This document shows positions 27,001 through 39,652 of a DNA stretch of 64,000 nucleotides, one piece after another; within the stretch, counting starts at the first letter, position 1, and the number at the start of each line of letters is the position of its first letter. A program made the translations under genes and the position numbers. This DNA is from Entomortierella parvispora E1425 (lineage: Eukaryota; Fungi; Mortierellomycota): contig BQFW01000001.1 of assembly GCA_020891255.1 (NCBI GenBank), positions 1,116,001 to 1,180,000 of the forward strand, in the 5' to 3' direction. Below the pieces are notes generated by a model. That model was not told where the DNA came from. It saw nothing but the letters and a program-made list of their open reading frames with translations, and made no database searches.

Positions 27001-29701
27001 TGAACCTTTCCCTCTAGTTTATACATGTCACCAATAAGGGCGCTCAGCAGTGACGACTTGCCCTGTCCAATGCGTCCAACGACCGCGAGCAACATATTGC
27101 GCTTGACTTCCAGGTCGATCCGTTGCAGGGTAAATCCGCCATTTTCAGCACTGGGCGATACGCTACCAGACTCCTGTAGAAGAGCCGTATTCTCGTCAAT
27201 GACACCCAGTGGGGGCGCGTCATGAAGGGGCGAGACCCAAGAGTAGGAAGCCTCTCTTATGGTGATGACAGGGTCCTCGGGGTCACGAGGGAGATTGTTG
27301 AACCGGATGATATCAAGCTCGTTCACTTCCTCCTTCAACAGGAAGTCCTGAATTCGCTTTGTACCGACAAGGACACTGATCGTGGTGGTAGTGGCATCAG
27401 ACAAGCTGGCGATTGGTCCTTTAAGCATAGCAAAAAGCGACATGCTCACAAACACCTTTTCGGGCGTGAGTTTTCCAGGGGTGAGGTTGGGTCCACCCCA
27501 GAGAGCATACACTCCGAACGTGATAAGACTGATAATCAAGGAAGACGAAATGAATGCGATCGACATGAACGATTGAACCAATCCAATGCGTCGCAATGCC
27601 TCCAGCTCTTTCTTTCGGATGACTAGGATCCTTTTCATAAAAGCCTGGCTCCACCCGTACAACTATAGAATAAGCATGCAATTTTCGTCAATTAATTTAA
27701 GTAACCCTTGCAATTTTTAAGAAGTACAATCGCAATCGAGTTGCCATCACAATGGTATACCTTCACGATTTTCATCGATCCCAGAACCTCAGTGGTGAGT
27801 CGCATACGTTGGTCCATGGCTGAAAGTTTTTCATCCTGCATACTTTCATAGATCTGAGCCTGCCATCCTTGCAAAGGCAAAAGCGCCAACATAGCCAACA
27901 CGCCAGCCATCATAGTCCATCCCAGCAAATTGTAGAGTAAAGTCATTGAAATAGCGATTTCCAGAGGAATGCTGATCCAAAGCGAGAGACTCACAAATGC
28001 ATCCCAGAAATTATCTGTCGTGATTACAATTTCGAGGAGCTCGTCAGCAATCAAACGCATCCATTAGAAGCACCAAGAATATAACAGGAGGGGCAGATTG
28101 TTCAAACTTACCGGCATCAACCGACATGTGGTTATTAATCGAACCAGAGCTTGACTCGTTCCTTGAACCGGCAGACAGTCTGAGAGACTTTCGGTAAATC
28201 ATGGAGATCAAAGCGGAGCGTGTGCTGACGCCGAGGAGAAGCATTTGGAAGCGATTGTAGGTATTAAGGAGCGACACACCCAACGATGCCAGGAGCATCC
28301 CGACAGCCAATTTGACTCCGTATGAAAGCGGCTTTGTCTCGTAGTTGTCCAGGTAACCAAGCATCAGCTTCAACAGCACGGGGAGAAGATACGACAAGAA
28401 AACAATGGCCACGCGACTGAGCAAGATAGGAATCAATGACAGACCATTTGATCTCATGATTGTCCAGAATAACGAAGGTGTGTCTGATCCATCGCCTGTC
28501 TTCTTCCATTTCAGACGTTCGTTCCATTTGGCGGACAGGCTCTTGTAACACACTCGGGATTTCATGTCCTCCTGCAATTGCCCGGCAATGTCCTGCATGG
28601 TAAGAGTTCGTCGTAAACTGATGTTGATGACCGGCTGAAGGAAGAAGAATGTCAGACGAGACAGCAAGTTTGCTTTTCCGTATCTGCTGGCGCCACTCTT
28701 CTGTTGGACCTGAGTCGAGCCTCTGGGCCATGCCTCAAACACAAAGCCGACGAAAAGGACTGCGGCGAATATGGCGAGCGTTGGAATTCCCAAGATCCGA
28801 GGCAAAGTTTCAGGGAGATCCAAGCCTGTCTGGAGGATCATGACAGAGATGGCAAACGTCGCGACGTAATAGGCGTAAATAATGCTGGAAGATCGGATTT
28901 CGTACTGGTGCTCATAAAAGTTCAGCAATGTGGCAAAAATCTAAAGACAGATGATCCGGTCGTTAAGTTGTATCCCTAGCCATAGTTAACACAAATTCCA
29001 CGTGTGTGCTGCACTTACCCACGACATGCCCATTGCAATGCTTCCCCAGATAAAAATGTCGGACCGAGGCTCGGAGTTGAAATGCTGCAGAGCCAACAAC
29101 CACGCCACCAGTGCGGCCACTGTCATGGAAATTTGTGTTGGCCAGTAGATCCACGCGGTTCTTCCGAGATGATGGAGTTGTCCATGTCGCTTCAGATAGA
29201 TTGTTCTAGTTAAAAATCCAATGCTAGCCAACACTGAAAATGCGCCAAAGAGCACGCTATGTAGAGCAATAATGAAAAGGATATCAGCGGCCGAGATCAT
29301 GAATATGACAGCGTTACAGTGCAAGATGATGCCATCTTGGCTGATAGCATTTTTTGTGGATTTCCGGATAAAACGACATGTGTAACATATCTCTTTACCT
29401 GTACTCGAAGCAGGGCGTCAGATCATATCGCACGGGACTCAACGGACCCTATAAAGGAACACATGGTCATCACAAGAGCTGTTAGAAAGAAGAGCATGAT
29501 CCGGATAAAGGGGGGGGGGGACACTGATTTGATCGTCGAGGCAATCAGGCACGCTACCCATCCTTCCTGATTTCGGCACGTCTTTGACGTCGGTAAGAAC
29601 GCAGCTGGTACCAATCCTGTGCTGACAAAGTTGGCATATTGTCGATAACCTGATGTGAAGAGCAACCACAGGTCAAACTGATGTGGCGACTCGGTCTGCA
29701 T
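24077..29701 (-). CDS. ABCC/MRP full-size transporter with TMD0 (Ycf1/MRP1-like)
   Basis: Spliced N-terminus CRNQEGW|[19 protein letters not shown]1 has GRIGQGKSS and LSGGQKQR; NBD2 has [17 protein letters not shown] and LDEATAAVD. Multiple GT-AG introns join in frame. The exact start is uncertain. Confidence 0.93.
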
Positions 29702-30127
29702 TGACAGAAGTTTTCGAAGGTCGACAGTTTTGTCTTCTTCTGGTATCTGGTGCTATGTACGCTTCTCGATTCTTCCAGGTCAATAAATCGACCTTGAGGC
29801 GTGGTGTGGTTGTTGATGAACTCAGGGAGGGTGGGAGAAGTAAAGGAGAAAAGAAGAAGAACGGAAGAAAGAAGCGGATGGATGATCACCAAAGGAGTTT
29901 TTCCGTGGATGAAAAAAAAAAAAAAAAAAAAAATTAAGAATGCGTGACTGCGAAAACCGAAGTCAGCTCTGGCTGTGCGAATGAAGTCCCTTCTTGATTT
30001 CTCACCAGACGACCACGTCTGCAGCCAATCAAAAGCGCATTCCCCACGTCGCAGAGACACAGCCGCGAGGATGCCAAATGATGTTGAATTCTCAACACTG
30101 ACATGCTGACATGAGCCTCATCACAGT

Positions 30128-31129
30128 TTATTCATTGCAGTATGCATCGATTCTATCCTGGGTCTTTTGATCTTGCTTGGCAATCCTGTCCTTCTCTTGA
30201 AAGGCTTTGACTCCTACACTCCCCCCATACTTCTCTCGAGCGATCTTGAGGACCTGTTCCTGAGGATACCCCTGCCTACTGCTGAAACTCACACCCTTGC
30301 GCCTTGGCGTGAAAGTCCGGCTCCTAATACCTCCTGTGTTGTCCGTAGAGCTGGCTTCGGAGATTTCCGTAGGGCTGGCCCCATAACTAGAGCGAATGAA
30401 CCCCATGGAGCTAGAGGGAATAGCTACAACATCCGATCGTGTTAGACCGTAGATCCGCGTCACGGCCTCCATAGATATATATCTATCTTCGACGACGAAC
30501 GTTGTGAGGGGTTCTGGATTATCACGGTAATAACTTCGACGACAAAAGTGGCACACCATGATGGCCCAGTTTGTGTTGTTAGGCCCTCCTACAAAAGTAG
30601 GTGTCTTTCTTTTTTGACCGTCCCCTTTGCTGTCAACCAAACTACGGTTGTTGCGGCGAAGAACTTGTGTGTTGGGGAGTAGGACAGGAAGAGGTCGCGC
30701 CGCGATATCCTCAGCAGACTTGGGGGGCGGGAAGTAACCCCAACAGTTTTCGCAGATTCGTGCGCTGATAGCACAGAGATACAGCATGTAGCTTTTGGAT
30801 TCTGGCATGGCTGCTAGCGTGTCCAACTGGTAATCGGATCCGAAAATACGTTTAAAGAGACGCGACCAGTAGCTGGAAGAAGATATAATTCTATGCATCG
30901 TCCGACTGGTTCTAGACAGTCTCGCGATCTGAGAGGGGTAGAGAAACTTGAAGACATGCTCCCAGATCTCCACGAACAAACGCTTATCCGCTCCACCAGG
31001 CTCTTGAACGACGGATTCCCGTTGATTTTGTAAGGCAATCAACGCCTGGTTCGTGGCATTCGAGGTCTCCTGAAGTTGCTGGATAGCCTTGAGTAACAGC
31101 TCTTGAATGATCTGATTATTCTTTTCCAT
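30128..31129 (-). CDS. F-box protein with N-terminal coiled coil and C-terminal XPA-like Zn/helical module
   Basis: Intronless from ATG 31129. F-box LFVEIWEHVFKFLYPSQIARLSRTSR..W, then CENC...CHFCRR, YISMEAVTRIYGLT and EQVLKIAREKYGG. Confidence 0.8.
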   Translation of the reverse strand: MEKNNQIIQELLLKAIQQLQETSNATNQALIALQNQRESVVQEPGGADKRLFVEIWEHVFKFLYPSQIARLSRTSRTMHRIISSSSYWSRLFKRIFGSDYQLDTLAAMPESKSYMLYLCAISARICENCWGYFPPPKSAEDIAARPLPVLLPNTQVLRRNNRSLVDSKGDGQKRKTPTFVGGPNNTNWAIMVCHFCRRSYYRDNPEPLTTFVVEDRYISMEAVTRIYGLTRSDVVAIPSSSMGFIRSSYGASPTEISEASSTDNTGGIRSRTFTPRRKGVSFSSRQGYPQEQVLKIAREKYGGSVGVKAFQEKDRIAKQDQKTQDRIDAYCNE

Positions 31130-31200
31130 GAGTTCAGATTGAAAGAGGAAGAGTTGCTGCTGCACCTGGTCAGAAAAAATTAAAAAAAGACCTCCCGCCC

Positions 31201-32405
31201 TCACAAGCCACAAAGTGCCAGCATATTTATGTCGTGATTTTGCATCATCATTAAAGTGGCCAAGGTATCATCTACGCCTACTAAGATGCTTTCTTCTTGG
31301 CGCTTAGTCACTGTGAAGACGTACATCCCTTTCTCGCACCCAGACAATTGAACGTCATCCTCCTCTTCACATTCTTCCTTTCCAGAGGATTCATTCTTGA
31401 CTCCCTCGCCAGTTTGTGGTGCTTGTTTCTGTTCAACCCGGACAACCTCGATTTCAAAATACCGTCCAAACTCTTCCGAGATGGCATCTCCTTCCGCGGT
31501 GATCGTTCCTTGTATCCAAAGATTACTTTCGTTCCCGGAACCTTCTTGGCCTCATCGAGATGGTACTGGAGTAATAGCACGTAACGTTTGAATGAGTGGA
31601 TGATAGTGTTCTGGAAAGTGAACCAAATCGCTTGCTACTGCATAGTCGATTGGACCTTTCTCCAAGATCTTGCCGGAATGATCCAGATTCCCCATGCGAG
31701 AGCGTCCACCTTTACATGGATACAGGGTGGCGGCTCCGTTGTGGAAGATAATGAGGTTGGCAAAGGTGATGTAGATTCAGAGACTTCATCCATGATAGCT
31801 GACGAAGCTGGTGGCATTTGTTGGATAGTCTGACATTCTCGCCCACGTTCCTCGCCATCAATGGAATGACTTCCTCAAGATCGGTAAGAATCACTGTGCA
31901 GCGACTTCAGAGTCGCTTTGCAAGAGCAATGCCAACAAAGCCAGTCCCTGCGCCAATTTCGATGATATGGAGAATGGGGTTTATTATGTGGTATATTGTC
32001 CATGTCCGTTGGTATTTGTTGCTGAGATGCCTTGGTTTGATGTAGAGTCGCCAAGAAAAGCTGGAAAGTGTACTGACCAGTTGGGCGACGCAGATACACG
32101 TCCAGGATATAGGAGCTATTCATTCAAGTGAAAATACGAGCGCTAGTTGAATGTTGTACCATAGGAGGCAGGGGAGTTTGTTACCTGTCCCAGATGCGGC
32201 CAGCGATGCTAAAGTTCGAAATGTCCTGCATCACTGAGATTTGGGGACCTCCATCTTCATTTTCAGTGTCCTTGGATGCCACCATTGTTACTGGTGACCC
32301 TAAGCACCAGACGGGCGTTTTGGTGGGCGGCAGGTGAATATGAGTGAGACCAGGGACCAAACACGCGTCGACAAGGGTCCGAATTTTTGGTGGCAAAAGG
32401 AACAT
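31201..32405 (-). pseudogene. Disrupted protein-lysine methyltransferase (METTL21/Efm family, Methyltransf_16-like)
   Basis: Family motifs AGRIWD, IIEIGAGTGFVGIALA, VILTDLEEVIPLM..NV, V.AL.WG, YAVASDLVHFPEHY..LIQTL and IFGYKERS are spread over shifting frames. There is an in-frame TGA at 31907-31909 and about four frameshifts. Confidence 0.8.
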
Positions 32406-32600
32406 CCAAGCCACCCTTTTTTTTTTTTTTTTTTTTTGTCTCTGAGTCTGTCTCGCGCGATCTCGATCCGGGCGGACGTGACACCTTTTTTTTCCTTCAA
32501 AATTGCCTCTCTGCCTCTCTGCCTCTCTGTCATCCCTTCACCGTACACACCCCTCCTCCCCGTTTTACTCTACTCAACAACCACGCCTGATATTAATAAT

Positions 32601-34315
32601 ATGTCCACCTTTCTCTCCAAGCGACGCAAGCACGAGCTGAAAGGTGTGAAGCACGACGTGATGTTCTACTCCAGACGGCTAGAAACGATGAGTCTTCGCC
32701 TGACACTATACTCTCGTCCTCGCAAATAGATATCGCTACCAGCCTCGGCCTCTCCGTTGATGGCGTGCGCGAAGATCTTGTAGATAGGATCAAGTAAAGC
32801 TGCATAGCAAATAGCAAACACGTAGAGGGTCTCCTCACAGTAGCACAAGCTCACCGCCGTATTTTTACTTGCAAATAGAAACTATGTCAGCAAGCACGGA
32901 ACAGACATTCCTTCGCTTCAGGATCTCGTGAGAGAGACGACTCACTCTAGAGAATCGCGCCTTGCGAGCTTGTCCTCTGCCAATGAAGACGAAGACACGT
33001 CCGATGGAGCCACCTCTGCGCGAGTGACTCGGTCCTCCCCTAAAAAGACTCATGCCTCAACTGCGGCCCCCAGTCGCCGTACTCGACCCGAATCAACGAG
33101 CATTCGGTAAGCATCTAGTATGAAGCTTTGAATGAAGTCGCATCGCTCTGTACTCGCCATTTGACCATTGGTTGGATTCCCTCCTCCCTCCCCCCATTTG
33201 TAGATCCGGCTCAGACTCTGATAGTGTTGAGGATCCTTTGTCGGAGCACCGTGTGCGCGACTTCATGGAGCATGTGCAGGACGAACTTCACGAAGCAAAA
33301 GAGCTGGCACATTCGTTGGAACAAACCCTTCAAGACAAGTACAATTCTGGAAAACAGGCTATTCGCCGAGCCTCCAATGACTTTTCCTCCACAGTCAGCC
33401 ATGCTTTGGGCGATGTTGTTGAGGCTGTGACTGGCCACGGTAGCTCCTCTAACGTAGCGACCTCCACTCGCCACAGGAGCCGCCACTATGGTCATGCAGA
33501 TGATCATGAGCGAGGTTGGTTCGGTAATATTTGCGAGGAAGTGAAACATCGCTTTGCTAACTGTGCCGGTGCTTGCGGCTTCTCGTCATGCATCTCTGAG
33601 TACTGGAAGAGACTCCATGACATCGGTTCTACAAGCGTTGGGTTTGTTTGGCTTACGCTTGTACTTGAACTCCTTGTGTTTTTGACTTCCGCTTTCTCCC
33701 ACCATGACCATTCGGTAATGTATTTCAATTTGGCCGACGACTGTACACGCGTGTTTGAGTCCATAGTACTGTACTGTACTAACCTTCTAACCTGCATGGC
33801 ACGTTAATTTTTCTTCTATCCTTCAAAAAAATTAGGATGGAGAGGGATGGATCTCGTGTTTGGGCTTTTTCACCAATTGGGCCGATTTCTTGAAGCCCTT
33901 CTTTTCATACTACATCACACTTTTTGTGCTCCCCACGCTTTTGAGCCAGCTCTTCAACGTGGACAGATCATCGGCGTCGAGATCAAGCAAGCACTCTTCT
34001 GTGACTGGCCTGTTATCCCGCAAGACAACTTCCGGCCTTTCTTACTTTGTGTTCAAATTTGCTCTGACGTACTTTTTGAGCCAGACGTCAGTTGCATCAC
34101 ATCACCATGAAAGCAGCGGTCTGTTGGGACTGGCGAAGGAAGCAGCAGAGACAGTTGCAAGCCATACTGGCTTTGGTAGTCACCACCCTACGTTGTTGGA
34201 AGGATGCAAATTTTTGGGGGAGGTCTTCCGCTATGTACCTCCCAGCCTTGGCCTGGCTACGTCTGGAGCGGGAACCATTCTCGCTCTCGCAGAGAGCATT
34301 GTCTCTCGACATTAA
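32601..34315 (+). CDS. SAP-like N-terminal motif plus C-terminal transmembrane protein, resembling the yeast Gtt3-like nuclear-envelope family
   Basis: Exons 32601-32643, 32730-32793, 32879-33106, about 33204-33714, 33836-34315. Splicing yields MSTFLSKRRKHELKDIATSLGLSVDGVREDLVDRIKNY; the C-terminal hydrophobic segments include FFSYYITLFVLPTLLSQLFNV and LSYFVFKFALTY. The family name is from recollection only. Confidence 0.7.
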
Positions 34316-34617
34316 AATTGGTATTGAAATAAACTTGATCTTCTTTTTTTTTGACAATCCATGCCGACTTTCTTTTGTAGTGGATCCAAAACCTAATACC
34401 GCTCCCGCTCTAACGAAGCACATTGCTATCACCAAGAAACGCGTCTATTAAATCCTGCGAGTTCGTTGTAAATAGAATGAGGTGCACATCGGTGAGGCCA
34501 TTGATTGAACTATTACTCTCTTTCTTGTTGCTTCCTCATCAACCTCTCCTGCCTTCCTCTAAGCAAATAGTGTTCGTACTCCAATCCAAAAGACATTATT
34601 TAAGCAATCGCGACACT

Positions 34618-35415
34618 ATGAGGTCCCACGCTAAGCCCTGGCTTACCCTCCTAGCCTTCAATTACATCCTCGTCACGGCCGACCCAGCTGTGCGATCGCC
34701 GCCTTTAAATGTTGTAGACCAACCGCTCGAATTGACGGAACAAAGAGGGACACTCTATGGTTTGTTGGAGGTCCGTTCTTCACCCCTATCCCAGAGTTCT
34801 CTCAACGACAAAGTGCAAGTCGACAACAGCTGTCGGTTTCCAAATGGGAACCTCAACCAGGATGGAGCCAAGTGCTCGGGAAATGCACAGGATCCTTTAA
34901 ACTGTCTATCCTCACGCTCACTATCGTCACTGAACGCATTGTCGCCATTGGCCACATCTACTGCCTCCACGACTCACTCTGCGGAGTGGAACACAGAAAC
35001 TGGCCATCCACTTGACCATTCAAGTACCTGTCAAAACATCTATGCAGCACTTCGAGCTACCCCTTTTCCCCACAATCAAGAGACCTCGTCATCACAATCG
35101 TCATTACCGCCAGCGTTTTCATCGTCGACAAGACTCCAGGGACGATCAGCGCTCCATACTCGTGGTGACTATGACCCCTGTACTCCTAACGAATGCAGGG
35201 ACAGTTTGGATAACTGCCACCTGCAGGCAATCCATGCCTGTCAGGTTGCAGGTCGCCGTCGAGAATACTGCAGGGAGAGATTTTCAAGACGGTGTCGTAG
35301 CGAGTACCTTCAATGCGACTATCGCTGCTCCTCGCCTTCTCAGGACCCAGACGATGACAAAGTGACTCCATCGCCAATTGTCGACGATGATCTTAAGGGT
35401 CTCGAATGCGAATAA
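34618..35415 (+). CDS. Orphan secreted cysteine-rich protein (signal peptide, Ser/Thr-rich spacer, 8-Cys C-terminal module)
   Basis: Intronless 265-codon ORF from ATG 34618 with hydrophobic leader MRSHAKPWLTLLAFNYILVTA and 13 Cys in total. No family recognised. Confidence 0.65.
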   Translation: MRSHAKPWLTLLAFNYILVTADPAVRSPPLNVVDQPLELTEQRGTLYGLLEVRSSPLSQSSLNDKVQVDNSCRFPNGNLNQDGAKCSGNAQDPLNCLSSRSLSSLNALSPLATSTASTTHSAEWNTETGHPLDHSSTCQNIYAALRATPFPHNQETSSSQSSLPPAFSSSTRLQGRSALHTRGDYDPCTPNECRDSLDNCHLQAIHACQVAGRRREYCRERFSRRCRSEYLQCDYRCSSPSQDPDDDKVTPSPIVDDDLKGLECE

Positions 35416-36236
35416 ATGACGTATTAGAAATTTAAAAGTCGCGTTTCCTCAAATGGATCGATCTTTCTGAGGTATCGCAAAGGCGGGCAAAATAGGAAAC
35501 TGACCGAAACCCCAGAGAGGGGAGGATGATTCCGGGCTGGACAAGAAGGAACTATTGTAGGAGGGGGAGGTAAACCCTCCCGGACGCGGGGGCCATGTAC
35601 AGAGAGAAAACCTTTTTTTTTCTTTTGCGGTGTAAAACTTGTGGAGGGGGTTTGTTTTCACTGAACCTGCGGAGGACTCAGGGTGGAATTTCCCACTATC
35701 GCTGCGAGAGCCATTTCGACCAGTCTGTCAGTCGTTCTCAAGACTCGCGGGTTGGAGCGGGAGACGGACGTGCTCAGTTGCAACTATGGATTGCCCACCC
35801 TTACTCCAGACATCCACCTGATCGAGATGAAGGCGAAAGGAAGCGATTGACCTCCAAGCAGGCTCGAGTAAGAACAGATCTCTACTCCCTCTCTTGTGAC
35901 ATCAAACAGGCAGGCCAGGATGACAGCCAGATAGACAGGCACGGTTAAAAGAAGCAACGGATCGGCGCACCGGAAATGGGAGACAGGAATGAAAGGAGAA
36001 ACCGTTGACAAAGCAGCAAAGAAGCCGGCAGGCACAGCGCAGTGGGCTGGCAGGGTAGATAAAAAGGCGGCAGCTCTTGGCCAGATATGAGTTTTTTCCA
36101 CTATTTTTTTTTTTGATCTCGCCCCGTCCGCCTGTTTCGTATTCCGCATCTCCATTGAATTTATTTTCCCTTCCTTCCTCTTCTTCCCTTCTCTTCTCCC
36201 CCAAAAAAACCTCCCTCCTCCACATCCACTCCCACC

Positions 36237-38660
<2,424 letters not shown>

Positions 38661-39039
38661 GTACCCGTTAGTCTCTTCGCCTCCCCTCCCTCCTCACCTA
38701 AAAATCACCGCACGACTTTTTCATTTTGCACAGTTCACCTTCCCCTCGTAGTCGTTCAAACGCATAGATAAATCAATTTTTTCCTGTATTTTGGTGGCGT
38801 TTTTTTTTTTTTTCATGAGATCGTTTGAGGAAGATCGAATCTGGCCAAGGAGCCGCGATTGTCAAAGAGCTTACGAGATCTGTGCATATCTCTCACGAGA
38901 CAGTTGTGATCTTGATGCACCCCAGAAAGACAGAGGGAGGGTGAAACGTTGATCTAAAGTCGATATGAAAGATCGGGTTGTATTTGGAATGTGGCCATGG
39001 GATCGACGGTGAATCGCGGTCCCATAGGAGGGTTGGCCG

Positions 39040-39628
39040 TATAAAAGACTCTAGACTAAATAGATGCAATATTGAATTGTACCATTCCTCATCCACACCC
39101 TCGTCCTACCCTACTCCATCTTGTAAGTTGGCTGTCTCCTCTTTGCCGCTCTAGACTGTCATCTTGGCACTGTCTACACCCACACTCGCCTCCTCTCTCA
39201 CTATGACATGGTTGCGCGAGACAATAAATTCAAACCTGACCAGCCAGCGGCCTGCAGGCCTCCCTACTCGCAGGATCGACTGGCGTGGCTATGACGAACA
39301 TGTCGACAATGAAATAGCTACCCAACCATGCATACAACACCAACTCGGGGCCCAACGACAGTGACAAAAGGCAGCGGCCAGCCTGAGGAAAAAAAAAGAG
39401 CTAATGTGTTGTCAACAGGAGAAACGCCACCAATAGGACCATGGACAGATCACCTCGTCAACGCGTCTTTGGCAGACATGACGCCAGAGCTGCATCGCGC
39501 CGCATCCCTCGACTGGCTTATATATATATCTGTGCCAGTCCTTTACTCTTTGTCTCCATTTAACTTTCTACACCCTTCATTCCTCTCGCTAACACACTTT
39601 CACCCAATCTTCCTGTTCCCCATTTCAG
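39040..39628 (+). promoter_or_regulatory. Putative TATA box (39040-39046) and 506-nt 5'UTR intron (39123-39628) of the HAM1-like gene
   Basis: TATAAAA, then a pyrimidine-rich leader, a perfect GTAAGT donor at 39123 and a pyrimidine-rich CAG acceptor 24 nt before ATG 39653. Inferred without transcript data. Confidence 0.45.
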
Positions 39629-39652
39629 ATCACTTCCCTACACACCTAGCCA

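Noticed and set aside
31907-31909. In-frame TGA in the methyltransferase as possible selenocysteine or readthrough
   Set aside because: It is not at a catalytic Cys position, the family is not a known selenoprotein family, and several frameshifts accompany it.
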